Of a DNA stretch of 64,000 nucleotides, positions 47,965 to 57,040 are shown in pieces. Position 1 is the first letter of the stretch, and each line of letters starts with the position of its first letter. The position numbers were made by a program, and so were the translations under genes. Origin of the DNA: a bacterium (lineage in GTDB: Bacteria > Sumerlaeota > Sumerlaeia > SLMS01 > JAHLLQ01); contig JAHLLQ010000004.1 of the NCBI GenBank assembly GCA_020444065.1, positions 198,662 through 262,661 on the forward strand. The letters run 5' to 3'. The notes beneath the pieces are model-generated. The model did not search any database. It saw only the letters and a program-made list of their open reading frames with translations, and was not told where the DNA came from.

Positions 47965-49446
47965 ATGACCACAAAACTCATCGAATTGATCGAGTCGTTC
48001 CCTGGCCGGCGCGTGCTGGTGGTGGGTGATGCGATTCTGGATCACTATGTCATTGGAAGCGTCAGCCGCACGTCGCCAGAGGCGCCGGTCGCTGTCCTGC
48101 GCGTCACGGAAGACGAATGGCTGCCGGGCGGGGCGGCAAACGTCGCGCGTAACCTGGCGGCGCAGCGCTGCCAAGCCACGCTGATTTCTCTTCGCGGCGA
48201 CGACGAACACGGTCGGCGCCTGGAGGAGTTGCTCGGCCGTGATGCGAGCATTCGTCTCGCGTTTGTCGTCGACAAGACGCGTCCCACAACGCTTAAGACC
48301 CGCTGCGTGGCTCAGGGTCAGCAGATGATGCGTCTGGACCGCGAAGAGTCCGGCCCAATCTCCGACACGGTTCGGAAGCGCGTAATGACCGCCGTGCGCC
48401 GCGAGATGAAGCAAGCCGATGGGGTGATTCTCAGCGACTATGGCAAGGGCCTTCTGACGACCGCCCTGGTGCAGGAGATCATCGCCGCCGCTCGTGAGTA
48501 CAACGTTGAGGTGCTGGTCGATCCGAAGGGAACCGACTACTCGCGCTACAAGGGCGCGACTCTGATCACGCCCAATCAGAAGGAAGCCCAGGAGGCCAGT
48601 GGCATCTCGATCGTCGACGAGGAATCCGCTCGTGAAGCCGCCCGCATCTTGCAGGCGAAGGTGCGTGGCAAGGCGATCTGCATTACCCTCGGCGGGCGCG
48701 GTGTGGCTGTCTTCCCGCGGCGCGGTCGCTCCGTTCAGATTCCTGCCCGCGCGCGCGAAGTCTTCGACGTCACGGGCGCGGGCGACACGTTCATCGCGCT
48801 GTTCAGCCTGGCGCGATTCTGCGGCGCGACCTTTCCGCAGGCCGCAGAGATCGGTAATGTTGCCGCCGGCATCGTTGTTGGACGCGCAGGCGTTGCGACC
48901 GTTTCTCTCGATGAATTGAAGCGCGAATTCCTCGGCCAGTCTGCCAACCGCAAGGCGATGGGAATGCGCGAACTGGCGGAAGTCTGTCACTCGCTCTCAC
49001 GAGCCGGCCGGAAGACGGTGTTCACCAACGGCTGCTTCGATGTCTTGAATGTGCGGCACATCCGGCTGCTGGAGCAGGCGCGCGCCCTCGGCGACGTGCT
49101 CGTCGTTGCGCTCAACAGCGACGCGAGCGTCCGACGCCTGAAGGGCGAGCCGCGACCGCTGCTGACCGAGTCGGAACGGGTTGAATTGATCGGCTCGTTG
49201 CCGTACGTTGACTACATCACGGTCTTCGACGGTGAAACGCCGAACGAACTGCTCGAACGGTTGCGCCCGGATATTCTGGTGAAGGGCACTAACGTTGAGA
49301 ATGTCGTTGGCCAGGAAATTGTCGAAGGCTACGGTGGCGAGATTCGCCTGCTCGATCTCGGATTCGGCCCCAGCGTCGACGAGGTCATTCATCGCGCTGC
49401 CGAGGGCACAGCCCCCAATAAACGTAAGCGAAAAGGACGCACATGA
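47965..49446 (+). CDS. hldE: bifunctional D-glycero-beta-D-manno-heptose-7-phosphate kinase / heptose-1-phosphate adenylyltransferase
   Basis: Track ORF 493 aa; N-terminal ribokinase-like domain (DVTGAGDTFIA) and C-terminal nucleotidyltransferase domain (TNGCFDVLNVRHIRLL); starts 4 nt after the deoC stop. Confidence 0.85.
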   Translation: MTTKLIELIESFPGRRVLVVGDAILDHYVIGSVSRTSPEAPVAVLRVTEDEWLPGGAANVARNLAAQRCQATLISLRGDDEHGRRLEELLGRDASIRLAFVVDKTRPTTLKTRCVAQGQQMMRLDREESGPISDTVRKRVMTAVRREMKQADGVILSDYGKGLLTTALVQEIIAAAREYNVEVLVDPKGTDYSRYKGATLITPNQKEAQEASGISIVDEESAREAARILQAKVRGKAICITLGGRGVAVFPRRGRSVQIPARAREVFDVTGAGDTFIALFSLARFCGATFPQAAEIGNVAAGIVVGRAGVATVSLDELKREFLGQSANRKAMGMRELAEVCHSLSRAGRKTVFTNGCFDVLNVRHIRLLEQARALGDVLVVALNSDASVRRLKGEPRPLLTESERVELIGSLPYVDYITVFDGETPNELLERLRPDILVKGTNVENVVGQEIVEGYGGEIRLLDLGFGPSVDEVIHRAAEGTAPNKRKRKGRT

Positions 49447-50558
49447 GTTCCGGGCATTTCGTTGATCAGGTTCAGATCCACGTGAAGGCCGGGGACGGAG
49501 GACATGGCTGCATTTCCTTTCTGCGGATGAAAGGACAGCCATTCGGTGGCCCCGACGGTGGAGACGGCGGGCGCGGCGGTTCGGTGATTCTCGAAGCCGA
49601 ACCGGAGATGCTGACGTTGATCGATTTCAAGTCGCGGCATCACGTGAAAGCCCCGCGCGGTGCAAACGGCGGTGGTAAGAATTGCTCCGGCCGCAGCGGC
49701 TCCGATGTCGTTCTTAAGGTTCCCCTCGGCACGGTTGCCATCGACGCGGACACGCACGAAGAGCTCGGCGATCTGACGCAGCCCGGCCAGCAGCTCGTAA
49801 TCGCCAAAGGGGGCGACGGCGGAAACGGCAACCAGCACTATGCGACCCCGACCAACAAGGCGCCGCGGAAAGCGCAGGATGGCTTCCCCGGTGTGGAACG
49901 AAATGTCGTTCTCGAGCTGAAGGTCATCGCCGATGCCGGGCTCGTCGGCCTGCCAAACGCCGGCAAGTCGACATTGTTGGCCGCCATGACGCACGCGCAT
50001 CCGAAGATTGCGCCCTATCCGTTCACGACAATTCATCCGAACCTGGGCGTCTTCGTCGCATCGGACTTCCAGCGTCGGATTACGCTGGCCGACATTCCGG
50101 GCCTCATCGAGGGCGCCCATACTGGCCAGGGCCTCGGCCATCGATTCCTGCGCCATATCGAGCGCACACGCGCCCTGGTACATCTCGTGGCACCGGAAGC
50201 CGGCACGGACGACGACGGAACAATCACGCTGGCCGACGCGCATCCGGAGACGCTTCTCTACGCGTACGATCTGGTTCGCAGCGAGCTCGAAAGCTACAGT
50301 TCCAAGCTCCTTCTGAAGCCCGTTATCGTGTGTTTGAACAAGGTCGATTTGATGTCCGAAGAGGAAGTCGCGGCAATCGTCGACGCCTTCCGAACCGAAC
50401 GCGACATCGAAGTCCACTTGCTCTCTGCGCAAGACAAGAGCGGAGTAGTGGAACTGCAACGCAAGATCGAGGAACTGGTGCTGGATCCCCCGACCGAGGA
50501 ATCGGAAGTCCGATCCAGGTCCCTGCCTCAATTCGAACTTCGCGAGGAGGAGTCATGA
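49443..50558 (+). CDS. obg: GTPase Obg/CgtA
   Basis: Track ORF 371 aa; Obg fold N-terminal Gly-rich region; G1 motif GLPNAGKST; start overlaps the hldE stop (ATGA). Confidence 0.95.
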   Translation: MSSGHFVDQVQIHVKAGDGGHGCISFLRMKGQPFGGPDGGDGGRGGSVILEAEPEMLTLIDFKSRHHVKAPRGANGGGKNCSGRSGSDVVLKVPLGTVAIDADTHEELGDLTQPGQQLVIAKGGDGGNGNQHYATPTNKAPRKAQDGFPGVERNVVLELKVIADAGLVGLPNAGKSTLLAAMTHAHPKIAPYPFTTIHPNLGVFVASDFQRRITLADIPGLIEGAHTGQGLGHRFLRHIERTRALVHLVAPEAGTDDDGTITLADAHPETLLYAYDLVRSELESYSSKLLLKPVIVCLNKVDLMSEEEVAAIVDAFRTERDIEVHLLSAQDKSGVVELQRKIEELVLDPPTEESEVRSRSLPQFELREEES

Positions 50559-51166
50559 CTCGCCGCATCCTATTTTCGCTGATTCTACCGGTCATCCTCT
50601 TGACTGCCGGTTGTGTGAATATCGCGCCCAAGCTCGGCACCGGGCGTGCCGAGGTCGAACGCTTCGAACGCGCCGTGGACGTGAACCCTGCCAACGAGCA
50701 CGCCTGGTTCCTGCTCGGGAAACGCTTCCTCCAGGGAGAGGATTTCTCGAACGCTGAAAACGCGTTCGAGCACGCGATCGATCTGCGCCCTGACTTCTCC
50801 GAAGCCTATGTGGGCATCGGGGTGAGCCGCCTGCAGCGGGAAGACTGGCGCGGAGCAGCCGATGCCTACGAGCGTCTCCTCGCCATCGAGCCGCAGTCCG
50901 TCGCGGCATACGAGGGCCTGGCCGCTGCGCACCTCGGCGCAAAAGATATCGACGACGCGGAAGCGGCCGCTCTTGAAGCGCTCAAGATCTACGACGGCGC
51001 CCTGCAGGCTCACCGTATCCTTGGCGAAGTCTACTACATTCGCGGCAACTACGCGGGTGCGGTCGAGCAATGGAACATCTCGCTCGAAGAAGGCGAACGC
51101 GCCAGCGATCTTCAGCCCCTTGTCGATGATCTGACCCACTACATGCGCAAGTACGGCGCGGACTGA
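50555..51166 (+). CDS. TPR-repeat lipoprotein
   Basis: ATG 50555 in the track ORF frame (50330..51166) behind RBS GAGGAGGAG; overlaps the obg stop (ATGA); lipobox LLTAGC; TPR-like repeats. Confidence 0.75.
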   Translation: MTRRILFSLILPVILLTAGCVNIAPKLGTGRAEVERFERAVDVNPANEHAWFLLGKRFLQGEDFSNAENAFEHAIDLRPDFSEAYVGIGVSRLQREDWRGAADAYERLLAIEPQSVAAYEGLAAAHLGAKDIDDAEAAALEALKIYDGALQAHRILGEVYYIRGNYAGAVEQWNISLEEGERASDLQPLVDDLTHYMRKYGAD

Positions 51167-51211
51167 TTTCTTCTTCGCGGCCGGGCTCGATACACTTCAG
51201 TTGAGTTCTGA

Positions 51212-53629
51212 TTATTCTGTGATGATGGCCGCATCGGCCAGCGGAGCCGGTTCCGGCATTTCTCCGTCCGGGTAGGCACGCCAGACAGCCTCTTCATCAG
51301 CCGTTGCGGCAGCAGACGCCCAACCGGTCGAGAAGTCCACCAATTCCAATCGCCATCCCCGCGGCATCGGCAGCTCGGTGCGCGCGTGCGATCGCGATGT
51401 CCAATAATCCGACACAAATTGCGCCCAGATCGGTCCGGCGGCCCGTCCGCCGGTTTGCCCGGCACCCAGGGGAAGCGGCTGGTCAAAGCCGACCCAAACG
51501 GCAACGACGGCCTCCGGTGTATAGCCCACGAACCAGGCATCGCGATTGTCGCTGGTCGTGCCCGTCTTTCCCGCGACGGCGTCGCGCAGTTGCTCCGGCA
51601 GCATTTCGCGCAGGCGTTTGCCCGTGCCGCGCGTCATGACCCCGACCAGCATCTGCTGCATCCAGGCCGCCGTGCGCGAATTGAGCTGGTCCTTCGGCTG
51701 GCGCTTGTGCGTGACGAGTGGATGGCCCTCCGCGCTGCGGACAGAACGAATCGCCGTCGGGACCGATGCCTCCCCGGCGTTTGCAAAGGCAAGGTAAGCC
51801 GCGGCAGCTTCCAGCGGCGTGACACCTGATGTCCCGAGCGCGACGGGATACTCGACCGGCATTTCCCAGTGCGGCGCGCCAGGCGTGACATCGAACTCGC
51901 GAACGCGCCGGATGCACTCGCGCAAGCCAGCCTCCTGCACCATCTGGATTGTGACAACGTTGCGGGAGTGCTCGAGCGCTGTCTGCAGCGACGTCGGGCC
52001 GAAGTGAATGTTCTCGTAGTTGCGCGGCGAGTAGCCGTTCGAGAACTCGATCGGCTGATCGTCGAAGATCGTCCAGGGCGCCATTCCGCGTTCCATCGCG
52101 GCGGCGAAGAAGAACGGCTTCAGCGTCGATCCGGCCTGGCGCCGCGCACGCATCGCCCTGTTAAAATACCCGTTGTTGGCGCGATCTGCCCACTCGCGTC
52201 CACCCGCCAGCGCCAGAATCTCGCCGGTTCGGCTGTCGAGGCAAACCAGTGCGCCTTGCAGGCGGGTCTGTGGGAGCAGATCGCCGCGGAACAGACCCTT
52301 CTCAGGCATGACTTCGCGAACTTCCAAGTCAACGCCATCGCCTGGGCCGACATGGGCAAAGTAAGTCGCGGTTGCTTCTGGAATTTTCAGATCGCCCCGC
52401 CAACTGCCCGCGAGTTCGACGACCAAAGAGCCCGGGAACGTGCGCACAACCCGGCCCATGCGAACCTGCCCCGGTCGGGGGGTCTCCCACCACTCGGCGG
52501 CATCGCGTGCTGACGCGAATCGGTCCGCGCGCGTGGCCAGCCACTCCGATTCGGCCTTGTCCAGCCCCGCACGGAGAGCAGCCAGCGCCAGCTTCTGCGC
52601 TTCGCCATCCATCGTCGTCCGAACGGTCCACCCAGCGGCCCGGGCGCGTTCGCCTAGCAAGGCCGGTTCGGCCGCAAGCTCTGCCCGCACGGCATCCAGG
52701 AAGTAATCCGCATCTCCCGCGCCGCTTCGGGTCGGCCCCGCAACTCGCAGGGGGGCCTCACTGGCCTGCGCATATTGCGCCTCTCCGACCCAACCCAGTT
52801 CCTTCATCCGCGCCAGTACCTGTTCGCGCCGGCGGAGCGCGGCTTCCGGATCGTTCAGCGGCGAGTAGCGCTCCGGCAACTGGGGGAGTCCCGCCAGCAG
52901 GGCGCTCTCTGAAAGTTCCAGATCGCGTGCGGACTTGCCGAAGTACATCTGCGACGCGGCCTCGACGCCGTAGTTTCCGCTGCCGAGGTAGATCTGATTC
53001 AGGTAGACTTCGAGAATCTGGTCCTTGGAGTACCGCCGCTCCATCTGCAGCGCGATCAGCGTCTCGTGAACCTTGCGGCGCAGTGTCTTCTCGCGGCCGA
53101 TTTCCGGCAGCAGGTTGCGTGGCAACTGCTGGGTGATTGTGCTGGCGCCCTGCGACAAGGTCCCGCGGCTGGCGTTGATGACCGCCGCGCGCAGGATGCC
53201 TTTGGGATCCAGGCCGATGTGGTGGCGGTAATTCGCATCCTCGATCGCAATGAACGCCTCCGGCAGATGCGCCGGCAGATCGTCGAGGTGCACGACCTGG
53301 CGGCGCTGCTCGAACATTGTCGCGATGGGCCGGCCATCGCGATCGAGCAGTGTGGTCGTTTGGGGGGGATCGTATTGCTCGAAGGCCTCGATGGGAGGAG
53401 CCATCTCGAGCCAGGCGACCAGGGCACCGGTCGCGAATCCGCTGACCGTGATTCCCAGAAGAATCGCCAGGCTGCCCACCCACCAGGCCAGACGAGCGGG
53501 GCGGTTACAGCCTTGCCGACGGCTGCGGGGGGCTGGCGTCTCGTCAGCGCGTTCCTGTGCCCCGCGAGATCGCAGGTGGCCCAGCATTGCATTCGATTGT
53601 CCGGCTCGCGCCAAGGCAGTCCTCTCCAC
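51212..53629 (-). CDS. mrcA: penicillin-binding protein 1A (bifunctional transglycosylase/transpeptidase)
   Basis: Track ORF 805 aa; GT51 motifs (AIEDANYRHH, TITQQL); transpeptidase motifs STLKP and KTGTT; N-terminal TM anchor. Confidence 0.9.
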   Translation of the reverse strand: MERTALARAGQSNAMLGHLRSRGAQERADETPAPRSRRQGCNRPARLAWWVGSLAILLGITVSGFATGALVAWLEMAPPIEAFEQYDPPQTTTLLDRDGRPIATMFEQRRQVVHLDDLPAHLPEAFIAIEDANYRHHIGLDPKGILRAAVINASRGTLSQGASTITQQLPRNLLPEIGREKTLRRKVHETLIALQMERRYSKDQILEVYLNQIYLGSGNYGVEAASQMYFGKSARDLELSESALLAGLPQLPERYSPLNDPEAALRRREQVLARMKELGWVGEAQYAQASEAPLRVAGPTRSGAGDADYFLDAVRAELAAEPALLGERARAAGWTVRTTMDGEAQKLALAALRAGLDKAESEWLATRADRFASARDAAEWWETPRPGQVRMGRVVRTFPGSLVVELAGSWRGDLKIPEATATYFAHVGPGDGVDLEVREVMPEKGLFRGDLLPQTRLQGALVCLDSRTGEILALAGGREWADRANNGYFNRAMRARRQAGSTLKPFFFAAAMERGMAPWTIFDDQPIEFSNGYSPRNYENIHFGPTSLQTALEHSRNVVTIQMVQEAGLRECIRRVREFDVTPGAPHWEMPVEYPVALGTSGVTPLEAAAAYLAFANAGEASVPTAIRSVRSAEGHPLVTHKRQPKDQLNSRTAAWMQQMLVGVMTRGTGKRLREMLPEQLRDAVAGKTGTTSDNRDAWFVGYTPEAVVAVWVGFDQPLPLGAGQTGGRAAGPIWAQFVSDYWTSRSHARTELPMPRGWRLELVDFSTGWASAAATADEEAVWRAYPDGEMPEPAPLADAAIITE

Positions 53630-53867
53630 GATAGGCTATCGCTGCATGCCTGCCGGTCCGTCGGGCACAACGGCAACATAAAATGCCAGGCGCCGCGTTC
53701 CATGGCGCCTGGGCGTTTCGACGAGATGAGGCGATTGTCAGGAAGGAGTCAAGATATCGGGCGTAGCGAGTGACGATCTGCGAATCGCCGAATCCATGCT
53801 TGCATTTCCTTCCGGGGCAGGGCTTCGATCATGCTCCGTGAGCGGATCGAATGGAGGCTCGAGAACA

Positions 53868-55292
53868 ATGAGTGGATCAAGCCGCCGCCCGGCGAATCGA
53901 GGGAACTGGGCGAGGCGGCTCTTCGTGGGAGGTAGGACCGGCGGAGGTTCGGATGTTCGCCAGGGCCAGACGCTCTCGACGATCGAGGGCTGTTTTGCCA
54001 ATGTTCACATCATTCTGGTTTCCGGGGCGTTCCTGACCGGATTCGCGCTGATGCTCGGGCTGAAGGACTTCCACCTTGGCCTGATCGGTGCTCTGCCGGC
54101 CTTCGCAAACATCCCGGGAGTCTTCAGCGCGTGGCTGTCGGAGCGCGTTGGATCGCGCAAGACGATCACGTTTGTCGGTGCTCTCGTGTCGCGACTGCTG
54201 TGGCTGCCGATGCTGGCGCTGGCATTCCTTCCCCTCGATCCCGAGACCCGAATCTGGTGGTTCGTGGGGCTGTTTGCCGCTTCATCTCTCGCCGGTGGGT
54301 TTGCCGGGAATTCCTGGCTGAGTTGGATGAGCGACCTCGTGCCGGCGCGTCTCCGCGGCCGTTACTGGGGGCATCGCAACCGAGTTCTGAACATGGTCAG
54401 CATCGTCGTGATGCTGGCGGGCGGATGGGCGGTTGACTTTTTCCGCGCGCACGATGCCGAGCGCGCCGGCTTTGCGGTCATCCTGTTGATCGCGTGCTTC
54501 TTCGCCGTTCTCGCGGCATTGACCCTGCGCCGCCAGTACGAGCCGCCCATGGCGCCGATCCAAACGAATAAGTTCTTCGCGAATCTGCGCAAGCCGTTGA
54601 TGAACAGGGAGTACTTCCTGGTCATCAAGGCGTTCGGGATTTTCCAATTCTTCATCGGGCTGGTGGCCCCGTTCATCGCGGCTTACATGCTGGAATACCT
54701 GAAGCTCAACTTCACGACCATCAGCCTCTACTCGATCTATGGGCTGGTGATCGGCTTGTTCTTCAACCCGTTCTGGGGACAGATCATGGACAAGGTCGGG
54801 ATCCGATCGGTCTTGCTCCTGAATCTGGCAATCATCGGATTGTTGCCCTTCGCGTGGATTCTTTCGCTATCTTTTGGCGGCGGCTTCGTACTGCTCGTCT
54901 TCACGCTCAGTGGAATCGGCTGGTCGGGTTTCAACCTCGCAGCCTTCAATCTGCCGTTCTCCTACTCGCCGCCCGAGGGACGGACTTACTACCTGGCCGT
55001 GCTGAATATCAGCAATGGGGCGCTTCTCTTCTGCGGATCGCTCGTTGGGGGCATCCTGGCCCAGGCGATGCGCGGATTCGAGCTTCATATCGGTCCGATC
55101 CACATCATCCACTATCATATCCTGATGCTGGTTTCAGCCCTCGGTCGCCTGAGTGCGGGGCTGTTGTTCGCCCGGATCCACGATGTCCGGTGCCGCGGAC
55201 TGCTGTACACGATGCAACTGTCCAGCAACATCTTCTACTCGCGACTGATGTCGACAGGCCGTCTGCTGTTCTTTCCGCGGCGCGGCGCCTGA
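53868..55292 (+). CDS. MFS transporter
   Basis: Track ORF 53796..55292; preferred start ATG 53868 behind GGAGG; about 12 hydrophobic helices. Confidence 0.8.
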   Translation: MSGSSRRPANRGNWARRLFVGGRTGGGSDVRQGQTLSTIEGCFANVHIILVSGAFLTGFALMLGLKDFHLGLIGALPAFANIPGVFSAWLSERVGSRKTITFVGALVSRLLWLPMLALAFLPLDPETRIWWFVGLFAASSLAGGFAGNSWLSWMSDLVPARLRGRYWGHRNRVLNMVSIVVMLAGGWAVDFFRAHDAERAGFAVILLIACFFAVLAALTLRRQYEPPMAPIQTNKFFANLRKPLMNREYFLVIKAFGIFQFFIGLVAPFIAAYMLEYLKLNFTTISLYSIYGLVIGLFFNPFWGQIMDKVGIRSVLLLNLAIIGLLPFAWILSLSFGGGFVLLVFTLSGIGWSGFNLAAFNLPFSYSPPEGRTYYLAVLNISNGALLFCGSLVGGILAQAMRGFELHIGPIHIIHYHILMLVSALGRLSAGLLFARIHDVRCRGLLYTMQLSSNIFYSRLMSTGRLLFFPRRGA

Positions 55293-55388
55293 AATCCCGC
55301 ACGCCACCCGCCGGTTCTTCTTGCGTTCTCCGGCCGCATCTTCTCATCTGAAGATTCAAGAAGGCGAATCGTTTGAGGAGAGAAACGC

Positions 55389-55739
55389 ATGGAATTGGAT
55401 CCCAAGGAACTGCGCCAGATCTTTGTAGATGCCTTGGAGGAGTGGTTTGGGCCGGCGCACCAGAAACTGGGCGGACGGTGGCACGGCGGGAAGATGATCC
55501 TGCAGCCCGAGAACGAATCCCTGAAAGCCAAGGAACTCGACGTCGAGGTCTTCTTTCACAAGATCGTGATGATGCGCGAGTCCCTCCGCGTGTTGGAGCA
55601 GAAGATTAACAATCACCCAAAGCTGGATGACGAGGATCGCCTCGTGCTGCAGCAGTACATCACGCGCTGCTACGGCACGATGACAACCTTCAACGTGCTG
55701 TTCCGCGATGAAGAGGATCGCTTCGCCGGCCAGCGCTGA
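55389..55739 (+). CDS. hypothetical protein (116 aa)
   Basis: Track ORF; RBS GAGGAGAGAAA before ATG; no family recognised. Confidence 0.55.
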   Translation: MELDPKELRQIFVDALEEWFGPAHQKLGGRWHGGKMILQPENESLKAKELDVEVFFHKIVMMRESLRVLEQKINNHPKLDDEDRLVLQQYITRCYGTMTTFNVLFRDEEDRFAGQR

Positions 55740-55769
55740 TTGCCTTTCATTTCCCCCAGGAGGGCATTG

Positions 55770-56966
55770 ATGGAAACCCTGACAAAGACTGAGTGCTCCG
55801 CTTTTCTGCTGAAATCAAACCTGACCGTGGACTCGCTCGTCGATCTGGCCATTGGTCGACTCGAGCAGTTCGTTCCTGGCGGAGTCGAAATCACGACTGA
55901 TGCCGACAAAGCGGACGTCGTGCTCGTTTGCAGCGGAGGCGTGGAGGGCGACTACATCCGCTTACTCGAAGGCGCCACCATCCCGCCCGTCATTCTGGCC
56001 GGTGCGGAAGCGAACGCCTTTGCCGCCGCGACGGAAATCTGCGCGTATGCCCGTTGGCGCGGGCGCTCCGTGCTCTTTGAGCCACTGGCGGAGGAGAATC
56101 ACGAGCAGGTTCGCCAGGCAATCGCCGCGGCACGTGCCGCGCGCAAGTTGCGCCAATCGGTCCTCGGCATCATTGGAATGCCCTCTGCATGGCTAGTCGC
56201 ATCGATCCCCAGCGAGTCCGCCATCCGCGATCGCATCGGCGTGCGGCTGGAGCGCATCCCCTGGTCGAACGTGCCGATCGATCTGACGCCGGACAAGTCA
56301 GAGGAAAGCCCTTGGCGGGACGCTCCGCGGCACACGCACGAGGTCAGCGAGGACGCACTTGAGCGCGCGCTGGCGTTCAGTCGGAATCTGCGCCGATACG
56401 TCCGCAGCAAGCAACTCGACGCTGTTGCCGTCGAGTGCTTCTCGTTGCTGAAAACTCACCACGTCAGCGGTTGTCTCGCGCTGGCCGACTTGCTTGAAAA
56501 CGGCCTGCCGGCTTCCTGCGAAGGCGATGTTTGCAGTGCACTCGGGATGATGTTTGCACAGGCTGCATTGCCCGACGACGTGCCGTTGCCTTGGATGGCC
56601 AACATGACGTTCCGCACCGGCAATCGATTCTGGTTCTCACATTGCACCGTGCCGCCCGGAAATGTGAAGTCCGTCGAACTGCGGACGCACTTCGAAAGCG
56701 ACAGCAGCGTCGCGATTCACGGGACGTATGAAGAAGGGTCGACGGTTACGCTGTTGCGCCTAGCAGCGGACTTGAAGACAGCCTATCTGACTCGCGGCGT
56801 GATCGCGAGCGCCGAAGCGGTCGAAACGCGTTGCCGCACACAAATCGCTGTCGACGTCGAAGCGCAGCCCACCGAGATCCTCGGCAATCACCATCTCCTC
56901 ATCAGCGGAGACCAGACGATGCCGCTCGAGATGTTGCTGAAGCTGCTCGGATTCCGCCTGGTGTAG
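55770..56966 (+). CDS. hypothetical protein (398 aa), possibly sugar-isomerase-like
   Basis: ATG 55770 behind RBS AGGAGGG, in frame with track ORF 55740..56966; protein-like composition; family not recognised with confidence. Confidence 0.6.
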   Translation: METLTKTECSAFLLKSNLTVDSLVDLAIGRLEQFVPGGVEITTDADKADVVLVCSGGVEGDYIRLLEGATIPPVILAGAEANAFAAATEICAYARWRGRSVLFEPLAEENHEQVRQAIAAARAARKLRQSVLGIIGMPSAWLVASIPSESAIRDRIGVRLERIPWSNVPIDLTPDKSEESPWRDAPRHTHEVSEDALERALAFSRNLRRYVRSKQLDAVAVECFSLLKTHHVSGCLALADLLENGLPASCEGDVCSALGMMFAQAALPDDVPLPWMANMTFRTGNRFWFSHCTVPPGNVKSVELRTHFESDSSVAIHGTYEEGSTVTLLRLAADLKTAYLTRGVIASAEAVETRCRTQIAVDVEAQPTEILGNHHLLISGDQTMPLEMLLKLLGFRLV

Positions 56967-56992
56967 GCAAGAAACACAGACTTGGGAAAAAT

Positions 56993-57033
56993 GCCGGCCT
57001 GTCGAGTGAGTTCGACAGGCCGGCTTCTTTGTT
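56993..57033. terminator. bidirectional intrinsic terminator between convergent genes
   Basis: 13-bp perfect stem GCCGGCCTGTCGA / TCGACAGGCCGGC, loop GTGAGT; T-rich on both sides (TTCTTTGTT on plus; reverse strand ATTTTTCCC). Confidence 0.75.
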
Positions 57034-57040
57034 ACACTCT

